Positions 11,993-25,854 of a DNA stretch of 64,000 nt are shown here, one piece after another (position 1 is the first letter of the stretch; each line of letters opens with the position of its first letter). The translations under genes and the position numbers were made by a program. Source of the DNA: the human T2T-CHM13v2.0 reference genome, Homo sapiens; the NCBI RefSeq assembly GCF_009914755.1, contig NC_060933.1. One strand, 5' to 3'. The notes under the pieces were generated by a model, which worked only from the letters and a program-made list of their open reading frames with translations, ran no database searches and had not been told where the DNA came from.

Positions 11993-13861
11993 TAGGTTCT
12001 GATTATCTTAAGCACTGTCCTGCCTCCTGCTGCTTTATAACCTCAACAAGCCACCTCCTTGCTGACAGATGGTGACAGAGCAGTTTGGATTACAGAACAA
12101 GTGGTAACGAGGGCAGTTTGTAGCAAGTAGAGTTGAGTATAGCAAGTACAGTGAGTTGTATGTAGCTCATTTTCAAAATAGCTCTCAGACTATTGATGAG
12201 AAAATGTACATCAATTTTGATACCTAAGTTTATTTTTGTTGCAGGAAAACAGTCACAAAATAATCAAATTATCTACAACTTTAAGCCACCATATTATTTT
12301 AGTTAATCTGGAATGTCAAATGGTTTGCTGAGGGTAAATATTAGCATTCCTACTGACTGTATGTTTGGAGTTTTTTCACTATAAAATTTGAGACATTCTT
12401 CCAAAGTGAATCCATGCATTTGTTATTATTTAGGATTAAAACGATGAAGGGCAATGATTTCTTGGTGTAATTACTCTGAGTAAATAATTGATAAAATAGC
12501 ATATATCTTGAAGGATATTAAGGAAAATGCCCTCCAGACTCTATTTTCATAATGGCTAAAATATTGGTAAATGCAAGGACCTCCCAATAAGCGAGTTGTA
12601 AAGTTGAGACTCAAATGTTAAAACATTGCCCAATGCTTAAGAATACCACAAATATTTTGAAAGAGATATATTTGAAGAATGGTCTCCAAATCTAGCAATT
12701 CTCATAACTGTTTTACATGACTCTCTTTTCAGACTGAAATTTATTAGACCCTCCTCTGGTCTAGTTATAAACGCCATAAGTTGATAGGAATACAGTGGAC
12801 ACAAATGAGTGGCAGGCATGGTGGGCTGGAAACAGCCGTCCCTTGCATACTGGAAGTACCTTGTGTGCATGCACTGTGCTTCTGAAGGGTCTTCCTGCCC
12901 CACAGTGGCCCACATCCTAGGCTTTCCTTTATTGAATGGGCAATGCACCCTGCCTTACGTGGGATTTGCACTGCCATTGGCTGTTCGTGGAGGAGATAAG
13001 AGGTTTAACAACAGGGCTGGGTGATCTGACCCTAGTCTTTTTGTTCCCAGTGTCTCAAACAGTTTTTGCATGTGCTGTGTTTACTAACTCCAATTGTATT
13101 TTGCCCAGATTATTTTCCTCTTAGTCTTTTCAATCCATCTGTGTTTTATGAGCAAATGGTTTTGGTTTGTTTCTCCTTAACACTTGTCAAAGTGTGGGTT
13201 TGGTATCTGTGCAGTGTTTGATGTTTGAGAGCACCCTGGAACCCTTTGCTAACAATAAGAATTCACATGTTGATGAGGGTAAGCCAGGTCACTAAGGAAG
13301 TGTTTTTGCATTTTGCGCTGATTTCAGCCAAGCTTCCTCTTGCCTTGCTGCTTTGCACACACAGCAAGCACAATATTGCTCAACGGCCCAGCAGGGCCCA
13401 GCCATGCATTCTGTGATGGGCTCCTGTGCTTCATGTCTCTTTACCCCATAAGTCATTCTAGCCCATATGGTACTGGGGTGGCAGCCTGGCCCAGTGGGGG
13501 TGTGCCTCCTCATCCTGTCCCTAGAGCCCTCAGTCAGGGTGGGAGGGGTGGTCTTTTGAGAGCAAAGCCTTTCGCTCCCTGTCCTGGGTACAGAAAGGTA
13601 ATTAATTTTCAACTAAATTAATTAGGCTGATTTTCTTATTGTGGTATGCTATAATTAGAGGGCTGTCTCTTGTCTTAGAAAAGAAAGGAGGCCAAAACCA
13701 ATCATTCAGATTTAGAATCATGCTTTTTGAACCCAAAGGATTCAACATTGCTTATGTAAGAGTCAGTTCTAGGAGGTTGTCAGACAGCAATAAACTGACC
13801 TACTTGATTAACACACTCACACACACATACCACATATTTGCTTGTTAGGAAAGGAAAGACT

Positions 13862-14150
13862 GGCTGGGCACGATGGCTCACGCCTGTAATCCCAGCACTT
13901 TGGGAGGTGGAGGCAGGTAGACCACATGAAACCAGGAGATCGAGACCAGCCTGGGCAACATGATGAAACCCCGTTTCTACTAAAAATGCAAAAATTAGTG
14001 GGACATGGTGGGGCAAGCCTGCAATCCTAGCTACTCAAGAGGCCGAGGCACGAGAATTGTTTGAACTCAGGAGGCAGAGGTTGCAGTGAGGCAAGATTGA
14101 GCCACTGCCCTCCATCCTGGGCAACAGAGCAAGACTGCATCTCAAAAAAA
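13862..14150 (+). mobile_element. Alu SINE (old S/J)
   Basis: Full dimer; tail runs into a GA-rich array. Confidence 0.93.
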
Positions 14151-14179
14151 AAAGAAAGAGAAAAGGAAAGAAAGAAAAA

Positions 14180-14223
<44 letters not shown>

Positions 14224-14432
14224 AAAAGGAAGGAAGGAAAAGGGAGAGAGAAAGAAAGAGAAAGAGAGAGGGAGAGAGGGAGGGAGGGAGAGAGGGAGGG
14301 AGAGATGGAAGGAGGAAGGAAGGAAGGCAAGAAGGAAGGAGAGAGAAAGAGAAGGAGGGAAGGAAGGAAGGAAGGAGAGAGAAAAGGAGGGAAGGAAGGA
14401 AAAAGAAAAGGAGGGAAGGAAGGAAGGAAGGG
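14144..14432. repeat. Polypurine compound microsatellite (AAAG/AGGG/AAGG)n
   Basis: ~290 nt containing only two pyrimidines. Confidence 0.97.
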
Positions 14433-14689
14433 CTGTTGACATCATACGGAAAAATTTTATAAATGTTCTGCCAACTTTCATCTTGGGCTTACTGAGAAAT
14501 TCTAAAGAAAGTGCTTGCATTAACTCACCTCTATTTTTGTGTGTAGTGTACAGTGTGCATTAATCACTTTAGATAGAATGGGCTAGATAGAATCTGTAAT
14601 ACTCATTAATTTTCTGCTTATAACTCCACTGAGTCCCATCACGGGTTCCTAAAATTATACCTGAGATACCAGGAGAAAGGCCCCAGAAG

Positions 14690-14830
14690 TTACCATTATT
14701 CAACCCTGCTGGCTAATAGGTGAGAAAATGACACCTAGAAAAGTTGAGGTCTTTATCCAGAGACACAGGTTGCCGTAAAGCTCAAACTAGAGCCAGGTCT
14801 CCTGTGTTCCTGTATCCTTTCCATTACAGA
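14690..14830 (-). mobile_element. MIR fragment
   Basis: taggtgagaaaatgacacctagaaaagttgag..agccaggtctcctg core. Confidence 0.55.
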
Positions 14831-14917
14831 TATGATGTCAATGACTGTCTACACTCAGTAATCTTTTGGGAGGAAGAGGAAAGATGGTATCTTGATAAAT
14901 CCTAGAATCACCAATGA

Positions 14918-15228
<311 letters not shown>

Positions 15229-15979
15229 TACCAATGAATCTTTTTCCAGGTCATCAGAGCTGTCTCTTCCCTCCCCCAACCCTGACTGCCCTCCTCTGCC
15301 CCTGTAGTCTTCTACAAGGTTATGTCTACATGAAATTCATGTAGATGAAACTGATGGTCAAACTTAAAGCAATGCTTATGTCAAGATGGCAGCAGTCCTC
15401 TCCTGCAGTTTGGTTTTTATCTTGTTGAGTGAGGGCGTCTCTCTACTAGCCAGCAGGGTGCATCTGCTCCTTGCTGTGGATGGATTACTTTGCCCGAGAT
15501 GTAGAGATGAAATCAGAAGGAAAAAAACGTGAAGACACCAAGACTAAACTGAAAACCCCAACAGCAGTTTCAGGAGTCCACAACCATCCCGTTTTGATCT
15601 GTAATCAGCTCAAGTTGACAGGTGCCTCCAGTTGGACCTGATTCTTTTCCAGCCAAGAAAATGTCTACAGATTGCATTTGTGCTGTTGGAACTCACTGCT
15701 GTGGAAGGGGCCGTGGTCCAGCCCTGATTCAGCTTTGTGGTGGAAAGAAACCTGTCCCTCCGCCTTCATTTTCTCTCACCCATCACCAGAGGCACAGTTG
15801 TCAGCCTTTGCCACAGAGCCACACAAAAGGGGTCAGGCCAGCCTGGTCTCACAGAGGAGCATCTGGAACCAGCCTTTGGGCTTTCTCATGCGGAAGTCTG
15901 GCCTCATCATGCAGGCAATTATTTTTTATTACTTGTCAAAATCTCCGTAAGGCCAGTGGTTCCTTCTCTTTTTATGTAG

Positions 15980-17650
15980 CTTTTTTGTTTTGAAGTAATT
16001 TCAAATTTACAAAAGGGTTACAAGATAGTGCTGAGAATTTCTGGTCCTTCCCAAGCTCCCTCTAATGTCAACATCTCACAAAACCACGGTGCACTCATCA
16101 TTGATACAACACAATTCACTAAACTACAGACTATTCAGATTTCACCAGCTTTTTGCTCTGGCCTTTTCCTCTTCCGGAGTCCCATCCAGAATATTACACC
16201 ACATTTAGTAGTCATGTCTCTTTAGTCACTTGGAATTGGTGACAGTTCCTCAGGGTTTTTTGTGACCTTGATACTTTTGAATAATACTCATCAAGTATTT
16301 TGCAGACTTTCCCTCATACTGGGGTTGTCTGTTGTTTTCTCGTGGTGCCACAGAAGTCGTGAATCTTGAGGGAGAATTCCATAGGGGGGCTGTGTCTGTC
16401 TGCCTTTTATCATCATACATGAAGGGGTGAATGATATCAACCACCTGTGATGTTAATGTCATGTTCACCCCTTCACTTGTTTGCCTGTTCACCCGCATCA
16501 CTTGGTTAAGGTGGTGTCAGCCACTGAAAAGTCACTATTCTCCACTGAAAAGTCACTATTTTTCCCTTACCATGCTTTGTTCCTTAGGGGAGGGCAACTA
16601 AGTTTCAGTTCCAGAAAAGAAGAATGCTAAAGTATTTGTGGAGATATTTTTAAACTACCACAGTAATTAGGAAATATTTGGGGGTAAATACTCTGAGATT
16701 GTGGAAATATCAAGCATTCATCAGTGGGTCTTCCCTGCTGCAATTATGGCTGTGGGATTCTCGTGGTGATTTCCATTTCTCTCAATCCTCTTGCATTTAT
16801 TAATTGGAATTATTCAATAGGAAAAATGTGTTTCTTCTCTCCCATCTTACTTATGTAGTCATTTATTTATATCAACATGAACTCATGGCTATTTATTTTA
16901 TTCTTTGGGTTACAATCAAATACAATAATCATTTCTTTTTCTTGCTAAAATTGTTGCAGCTATGACCATTGGTAGCTCCTTCAGGTTTGTTCCTTTTGAA
17001 ATACTCCTATGACCACCTCCAACCTCCAATTGTTTTCAATCACTTGCTCACTTTCTGGCACAATAAGATGCTCCAAGCTCACCTTCTATTTTCCCTTCCC
17101 CAGCCCTAGCATCAGACATTGTCTGTGGAGTCCTGGTTCTTTTTATTGGAGAATGATTTTAGACACCAAATTCTAGGTGCTGGTGTGTGCTTATTGCTAC
17201 TAGGATGTCACAGTTTCTAAGTCCTCTCAGCAGGCAGAAATAGAAAAAAAAAAAGTGTATGTATATTAACCCATGTGTAAACATACATATGTATTTATTT
17301 CTGTATATTCATTTGTAGACACATTAAAATAAACAGAATTCATATTAATATCTCCAACTGCAAACCAGAAGAATAGAGTTTATCCTAGCATTTCTTCCCC
17401 TCTTGCTTACTTGTAACTTCTTTCTCTGTGGGTAAGAATCCTGGGTCTCATGATCTATAATTTATTTACTCACCTGTTTAATTCTAGTACACAGGTAAAG
17501 TTGTTTCAGAATCGCTAATCTCTACTCCTGTGAGAAACAAATGTATTCACTAGAGTACAGTCCTATGTAATTAACTCTACATAAACCCTGTAGAGTACTG
17601 GTTTTACGTAATTAAAACCTCTTGTCTTTAGCCTTACAGTATCCAGTCAA
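15980..17650 (-). mobile_element. L1MC-type 3' region (L1MC3/L1MC4-like)
   Basis: ttttgaagtaatttcaaatttacaaaa, aaactacagactattcagatttcacca, tttctggcacaataagatgctccaagctca motifs. Confidence 0.75.
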
Positions 17651-17699
17651 AATTTCCCCTTTAAAAATAATAACCTCCAAATAACTGCCTCATTCTACC

Positions 17700-17885
17700 A
17701 CCTTATCTTCCCATTCCTAATTCCCTTTAACTTGCTCAATGTTTTTCATTAAAGTTACCACCTTTTAGTGTACTGTGTAAATTTGCATAGATATTAAACT
17801 CTGTCTGTCTCCCTGACGAGGATGCAGGCAGGGGTCTTTGTGGGAGCATCATGGTCCTCAACACACATTCATTAAATCAAGTGAC
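17700..17885 (+). mobile_element. L2 3' end
   Basis: tgtctgtctccc..gcaggggtctttg..ctcaacacacatt. Confidence 0.5.
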
Positions 17886-18190
17886 CATAGGTAACTGAGG
17901 GTGAATATCCATGTAAATTCAGAAGTGGACCCCCACAGAAGACCTTAATACTTCCACAAGTAATCCAGAGATCTGGTCGGAATTCCTCTGTTTTACCTAT
18001 TTGCAGCATATCAGCTTCTTCAAGGCAAGCCTCCTCAACTCCACTGCAGCCCCATGGAAACCCGCTGACCTCTCATAGCCGTGAAATCACCTGAGGCACG
18101 AGCTCCCCATCTAGGCTGTACATTGGAGCCTGGTACCTGGGATCTGTTTCCAGGAATCAAATTAATCAGGGGTAGGGACTAAACATTAGG

Positions 18191-19071
<881 letters not shown>

Positions 19072-20696
19072 CTAAACATTGGGAATTTTAGGTGGCTTTC
19101 TAGGTGGTTCTGATGTACCACCAAGATTGTAAGCCGATGTCCTAATGTTTTCATCACACTGCTAATGAGGGAGGTTGCTGGAATTACAAGGGTTAACACC
19201 ACTCCATTCATATTATTGAATGGATGGATTCATAATGAAGTGTTCTTGGGTGCCATGCAAAAAAATTCAGATTCATTTTTTAAGAAAAAAGTGGAGTTGG
19301 ATATTAAAACTGAAGGGATTTTTACAATGGGGTTTCAGAAAGTAGTCGTAATATCAGTGTGTCATCTGCAGCCCTGAAAGCAAAGTCTGGTTTTAGCTTA
19401 ACTCCCATCTCAAAGTCTAAGTCAATTGCCAGTTTAGCTAACATACACTCTGATGGGATGAGAAGAGGAAAATGCAAGTTCTAAGATGTGACTTTAACTT
19501 ATTCAGATCATTTTTAAAATGCTTAATGTAAGTCCATCACAGTTTCGTAAGTTTCTCCCCAAAATGTTTCTCAGAATGCCTTTGCAATGAAAATGTATTG
19601 GGTAAGATCTTTTGTCTTCAGATATATATCAATTTATTTCTTTTGAACTCCAACTGCCAAAAGAAAGAAAAAGAATAAAAAGGAAATAAAAAAGAATAAA
19701 AGGAAAACAAGATATGTATTTCCCCCTCTGTCTAGACATCCTGCTTCCCCCAGGCTTCTAGTAGAAACCACAAAGGGAGAAACCTCAAACCCCTGAAAAG
19801 CATCGCCCCGGAGTGGGGAGGAACATCTTACCAGGTCTCCTGCCACCATCTTCAAGGTGCTAGGTTTCCGCAGCAGTCATAAAACACAGCTTGCCCTGAG
19901 CTGTGAGAAAGGGGCTACAGAAGCAGCTGTTCAGCTGCTCACCTGGATGCTGTCCTGCCCCGCAGCCCAGCCTAGGGGAGCTGGACAAGGTCAGGCACCA
20001 GCTGCATTCTCTGGAAAGCAGGCTTCCCTTCTGGCATCTCAGGCCAGATAGATGGTCGTAGTTCTTAGGAATAAGGCCTGGGGAGTTGCACCATGGACCA
20101 GCAGCAGAGGAGGAGGGAGGAAGCTTCTGCCCAAATGACCATGGTCTGTTCCATGGCTCCAGGCCCAGCTGACTCCACTGTACCAACAGGAGAGGGACGA
20201 CTTCCCTGGAAGTGAAGGGAAGGGAGTGGCAGAGCGGCAGCTCCGGCAGTATGTCCACGCTGGAAGGTTGCCGGCCCACCAAGAGGAGAGTGGGACATGT
20301 ATTAAATCTTTGTGGCTCCTGCTCCCAGGAGTCAAGGTCATTGTTCAGTGGAATGAAGGCCAGTGTGCTGTGACAGCTGGGCCTGTGTCCCCAGCTGTGC
20401 AGGGCTGGGGTAGGGGGAGGGGCTGAAGCCACCATCCAGGGGCAGTCACTATTTCTGAGAGTGTTGGCAACACAGGGTCTTTAGTTAATTAGATGGGCTC
20501 GTGCCCCTGCAGCCCAGTGACCCTTCATCTCGGGCTGTCACCCATCCATCCATTCCATTTTTTGTCTGTTCAGGCCACTCATATTTGCTTTTTCTTCAAA
20601 CACTAAGACAGGTGATGCAGCACTAGTTGGAATTCCCCATGCAGCCCTAGCTAAGAATTCCCTGGCCTCCTTCACGTACACTCACACCTCTCACAT

Positions 20697-20697
20697 G

Positions 20698-20732
<35 letters not shown>

Positions 20733-20750
20733 GACACTCTCTCTCATACA
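20697..20750. repeat. (CT)n(CA)n compound microsatellite
   Basis: Seen directly. Confidence 0.9.
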
Positions 20751-21187
20751 ACATTACCTCCTGATGTCCTCTGAGTTTTGGACTCTTTTCTAACTACCTG
20801 CATGGTAGGATGCTATGGCAAGAAAGTAAGTAAGGCGGGTACCCCATTCCTTCTTCTTTATCCATAAGCTGCCCACTAGCACTCCCAGTTCCTCGCTCTG
20901 GGGCCCCCTGTGGTCCCACCGGCCCTTCAGGGGCTGGCTGGGTACATGTGGTGTGCTGGCCCACGACTTCCCTTCCGTAGAGCCGAGAAACAGCCATGCT
21001 GCATGCCGAGGTAATGATCTACACCCTGACCCAGTGAAGATGACTCCTCCCTCCGTTTCACTGCATCCACCATTAACACTGATGCCAGAGGGACAGAGGT
21101 GGTCACGCTGACTTTCTGAGGGACAGATGAAAGGACGAAGAAGGAAGGAGGAAAGAGACAAATATTTATTGTCCACCTAATACAATA

Positions 21188-21460
21188 TTTTTCCATTTTT
21201 GGGATCTACAGCCCCAAGTAAGAAATACATTTGTGTATGAGATACAATGGAAACAAAAGTGTCATGAAAAGCTTACCCTCACTATGTATGATAAAGAAAA
21301 ACTATAACAAAGTTAACATCAAATATGACACAGAATATTTAAATACAAACCCCCAGTAAATCATTTAGAATCAACAACAACAAATCAATTCGAACAATGA
21401 CCTACTGGATTGATTTTCCTTTCCACTAATGGGTGGCAACCCACATTCTCAAAACCGCGG
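21188..21460. mobile_element. hAT-Charlie relic (Charlie15a-like)
   Basis: agtaagaaatacattt, gaaacaaaagtgtcatgaaa, ccactaatgggtggcaacccaca motifs. Confidence 0.55.
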
Positions 21461-21489
21461 CATCAGTCTGGGCCAGATGCTACCTGCAG

Positions 21490-21590
21490 CACGTCTCATT
21501 TAACGCCCGCAAAATGTATTTGAAAGCGGTATTAATAGCTCCATTTTACAGATGAAGAACCTAAAAGCTCAGTCAGTATAACTGACTAGG
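21490..21590 (-). mobile_element. MIR fragment
   Basis: ccattttacagatgaagaacct core. Confidence 0.75.
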
Positions 21591-21687
21591 GGAAACACTT
21601 CACCTAATAAAAGCCAATTTGGCATATAGCGCCATATCATTCTTGTCCCTCTCTCGACTTCCAAGGCAGTGGGCATGTCCCCTGCTT

Positions 21688-21733
21688 GGGGTGGGGTTGT
21701 GGGGCGGCGGGACCGGGGTGGGCGGGGGGCGGG
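21688..21733 (+). promoter_or_regulatory. G-run/GC-box cluster (G-quadruplex-forming, Sp/KLF-type motifs)
   Basis: Eight runs of three or more G with GGGCGG motifs and retained CpGs; function not demonstrated. Confidence 0.4.
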
Positions 21734-21786
21734 TAGCAGGAGCTTCCTGACCCTGGGTCGGCTCAGGGTCTCCACCAGACCCTTAC

Positions 21787-21920
21787 ATAAGTAAGGAAAA
21801 AGGTCAGGTTCACTTGACAGCAGCCAAGAAACATTGCAGAGTAAGACAGTCCCCTCTTTTAAGGCTTGGTTTTGTGTCCAGCTAATGGGCACATGCTGCG
21901 TCCCCAGGGCTAAACCAAAG
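21787..21920 (+). repeat. Dispersed 134-bp direct repeat, copy 1
   Basis: 123/134 identical, ungapped, to 24266-24399. Confidence 0.97.
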
Positions 21921-22515
21921 CCTGTGCCTGAGAACGGCCTGCAGCCTCTGCAGCAGCCTCTGCAGGACTCCGATGCTGCAGGGTTAGTGATGAAAGTCTC
22001 ACCAATCCAACCTAGAGCACTGATTCTGCAACAATTTCTTCAGTAACTATTTGGGTTTTTTGTTTGCTTGTTTTCTGATGTTTTTTTTCTTTGCTCCGAT
22101 TTTCTAATTAGCAAGATCCATAGCACTGTAGGTTTAATCTTGTTTTATTAATAAAAGGAGTATTCCCAAATTCAAGACTGAGCTGAAGTTAGTCCTTTAT
22201 TTCTTTCCAGAGTTTGCTTTTCTAGGGGTCTTGCAGGGGCAGGTGCTGGTCCTGCTGCTGAGTGTGGAAAATAACCTCCCCTACCAGATGTTCTCTTTCT
22301 GGGATTTAATACAATGTTTGAGGATTTAATACAATCTGAAATAAGTTTGAGGAGTGAAGCTGAAATTATTTCACAGAGTCCCTTTCCTTCTACAGCCCCT
22401 CTAAAAATTCCACTTGGATCACATTTTGTGTCCAACAATACACTGGGCTTAAGAAATCAGGGTGGAAAGGAGGAGATCACACACTTCTGGGCCTTATGTG
22501 GATAATGAGCTTGTT

Positions 22516-22689
22516 CAGTGCTTCTCAAACCTCAGCTCATCTGGGAATCCTCTGAGAGGTTTGTTCCAACACAGATTGAGGGACCTACCCGAGTTTCCCA
22601 CCCACCAGGTGTGGAGTGGCTGGAATTCACATATCTGACAGGTTTACTGGGGCTGCTCCCCATCTGGGGACCCACTTGGAGAACCATAG
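22516..22689. mobile_element. MER5A
   Basis: cagtgcttctcaaac ... ttggagaaccatag termini. Confidence 0.8.
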
Positions 22690-24265
22690 ATCTAGTGAAG
22701 AGTTTTCCCCTCATGAAATGACTTAGGACTGATCTGAAGCTGAGCCCAGGGCTCCAGGCGCTCCTGCAAGGTGAGGGGATCACTGTGGGCCATGGCCAGC
22801 CTGTGTGAAACTGTGCTTCTGCAGCTAACTTTGCCTTCTCCCGGGCTTGTTCCCTCCCGGAAGCTGGAAGCCAGTGATTGACAGGTCCAAGTGCACCCCC
22901 ACCCTTGCTGAGGCCAGCCCATCTGTTGAAGCATATGCTCTGAAACCCACAGGCTTCTACCAGGAGCTCATTATCTACAAATTACTAAGCTAGCAGCCGT
23001 GAACAGCTCCTCTCTGCCCGCGACAGTAAACCGCGCCGGCTGCCGCTCTGTCGCTGCTGAGACACAAGTCTGACAGGTGCTACCCAGCACCTGCCCCGAG
23101 GTCCTCTTCCTCCCTAGCTCTGTCCCACTGCCTGTGGACACTCGCAGAGAAGTGTTGCACAAAGACACTTCTGATCTTAATATAACTCTCAGGAAATTTG
23201 GCACTGACACCTTTCTCTGTTTTGGTAGCAATTATTAGTGACAATGAGGACTACATCCTGCACACTGTTGGTTTTCTTATGTAGAGCCTATTTAACATTG
23301 AACAGGGATGTCTCAGAAAAAGTCAAACCTGCAGATGCCCTCCAAGCCCTGGATAGGTGCGAGGCCCCCAGGGGGGCTGTGACTCAGGACCCTGCCCCCT
23401 CACGGAATCAGAAGACGTCCTGGAGCAGCCCTGGGGAAGACAGCAGTTGCTCGGCTGGCGAGCTTGGGGTACACCTGTCCACCTTTCTCCCCTTTGCTTG
23501 AGTTTCTTTGCTGGATTTAGGTCACACAAACACCATTACTATTAATGTATTATTATTGTTTGAATGTGTGGGAAAAAAGCTGAATAAGAGGGGAAGAAAA
23601 CTATCTTTTTCTGTTCAATATGCAAATAAGTTCAGTGTGAGTTGTCCGAAAGAGCTCACACAGTTTGCAAACTGGCCTGTGTGTGCACTGGGGCCACACA
23701 GTTACCTACACCCCAGGCAAGACACCTCAGAGGAGTGAAATTCTCCTGTACCTCATTTTATATCAACCATGGCTCCAAGCAGGTCCAGTGCCTTCCAGAT
23801 GATTGCTTTTCCCTGGTTGAGCAGGGAAGAGGGCATGGTCTGCGCTTGAGAGTTGTATGGTTGAAGATAGCACCTTGAAGGAGATGTGAATCCCTCCAAT
23901 GATGCATACCCAGGTAGTTTTTCTAGATGCCCTGTTGGTCTCCGGAACTTGAAGTTATGGGAACTGCTCTTTGGCGCCTGATGGGGTGGAGAAGTTGAGT
24001 AACCACAGCTCTGTAGACAGGTGTCTGTCTTGAAAAGAAACCTTGGCGGCAGACCTGAATGTCTTGGCATGCTTGGCAGCCCCTCAGAGGGCAGCGAGAA
24101 GTCAGGAGCTGCCTTTCTGGGAGAACAAGTTCCCTTCCATGATAAATAGTGTCTAGAGTCTAACAAACGTGTTCAGTGTATCTATATGTGTCCAAGCCAG
24201 GGCATCTCACCTGCGGCCTGACCCTGGAGTAAGAGGAAACCGGATATGTATAGACTGTGACACAA

Positions 24266-24399
24266 ATAAGTAAGGAAAAAGGTCAGGTTCACTTGGGAGC
24301 AGCCAAGAAGCATTGCAGAGTAAGGAGGTCCCTTCTTTCAAGCCTTGGTTTTGTGTCCAGCTAATGGGGACATGCTGCGTCCCCAGGGCTAAACGAAAG
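24266..24399 (+). repeat. Dispersed 134-bp direct repeat, copy 2
   Basis: 123/134 identical to 21787-21920. Confidence 0.97.
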
Positions 24400-24944
24400 G
24401 AACAATGGCACCAGCAGGCTTGTTCCGAGGTAAGGGGTAACATTGGCACAATGCGCCCAGGCCCAGAATGTGGGTGAACGAGCACAGTGCTTGCTGTCTC
24501 CCAGGCTCCAAAATAAACAAATGCACACTAGGGATGGAACCGAGAGGCCACTCAGGGGCAAGTTTCTCAGTGTTCCTATTAGAACAGTTAAGTGTTGACA
24601 CCCCAGCTCTGCAGAGCTGCTGTGGCTTATGCTGTCTCACTTTCCACAAGACCAAGGGGCCATGCCAGCAGCCAGGAGCCTGCAGAATAACTCCTGCAAG
24701 ACTGGACGATGGACTGGGGGGCCATTGGCATAGGGAGCTGGCGGGGGGTGGATGCTCATGCACTGTGCCCTCCAACTGGCAGAAATGCCAGATTCCCTGG
24801 GTTGCAGGCTGAGCTCCGAGAGGCTATTGGAAGGTGAGGAGGAAAGAGCAGGCATCAGCCCGGATGAGGGGATGCCAGAGCAACAGCGGTTCCCAGAAAA
24901 CACTGTCCATGCCGGCAGCATCAGCAGACGCTGCTTTAGCTTAG

Positions 24945-25045
24945 AAAGCCTTCCCAGGCACATGATCTCACTTAATTCTCCTAATGCTCTTGGGGTAGGT
25001 AAGGCAATGTGTCCATTTTATAGAGGAGGAAGTGGGGCTCCCAGA
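24945..25045 (-). mobile_element. MIR fragment
   Basis: atctcacttaattctcc..ccattttatagaggaggaagtggggct. Confidence 0.7.
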
Positions 25046-25854
25046 GACCCATACAGCAGCAAGCAAAGTGTGCTCTTGGGCATTGTAACCCCTCCAGGCC
25101 ACAAAGGCACCTAGGTGTTTGTGGGTGTATCCTTCCTTTCTTCCAACGCCTTGCTTGTCTGTAAACCAGCTCGCATTTATATCTGGAAGAACTTCATTAT
25201 CAACCTGTCCCAGAACCTTCTTATCAGATGCCCCAGGCTAAAGGATTGGGGCCAGATTTTTCCATTGTCCTTTCCAAAGAAGATCAGCTCAGTAATAATT
25301 ACCCCCCACCACCAGCAGAGAGGTTACATCAGGGCAGCTGGCAGTGGAACCCTGAAAGAGTGCGGCTGCACATTCACCTGTCCACAGGTGAGAGCGGAGA
25401 GTGGTGCCACATACTCAGCTAGCTTTCCCCAATCAATGGGAGTTCATAAAAACAGACTTAAAGGCAAGACACATTGCTTTCTCGCTGGCCAGTGACAATG
25501 ACAGAAAGCACAGGAGCTTAGAGGAGAAAGGCCCTCCAGCCCTGCGAGGAGCCTCCATAGAAACACACACCAGCCCAGCTCCTCTCCATGTGACGGTGAC
25601 CCAGATGGGAAGGTTGGGAGTGAAAGGCTGGGCGGCAATGATGCCCGGCAACTGTCGCTGCCCAGGGTTCGGGCCTCTCTGTGCTGTTGCTGAGAAGCAT
25701 GGGCCCTGGTCTCCAGGGGCTGGACTCACTGAGGGCTGAGTCTGCTGTTCTCACTTGAGTGCCGAGACCCGGCAGGCACTGCTTCCTAATCCAGCCGCTC
25801 CTCTCCTCCCTGTGGTGTCTGTGAGGCAAGGGCTCCCCAGAACACCTGTGCTTC

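Noticed and set aside
14035-14520. Lys/Glu/Arg-rich and Ser/Phe-rich ORFs
   Set aside because: Translations of an Alu tail and GA microsatellite.
16521-16560. Micro tandem duplications (also at 22302-22335, ~36404-36423 and ~47053-47076)
   Set aside because: 10-21 bp slippage events typical of neutral DNA.
21671-21680. p53 response element (GGGCATGTCC)
   Set aside because: Only one half-site, with no adjacent second decamer.
21787-24399. 134-bp direct repeats as LTRs of a small novel retroelement
   Set aside because: No TG..CA termini, TSD, primer-binding site or polypurine tract; the interior contains an ancient MER5A older than the repeat divergence implies.
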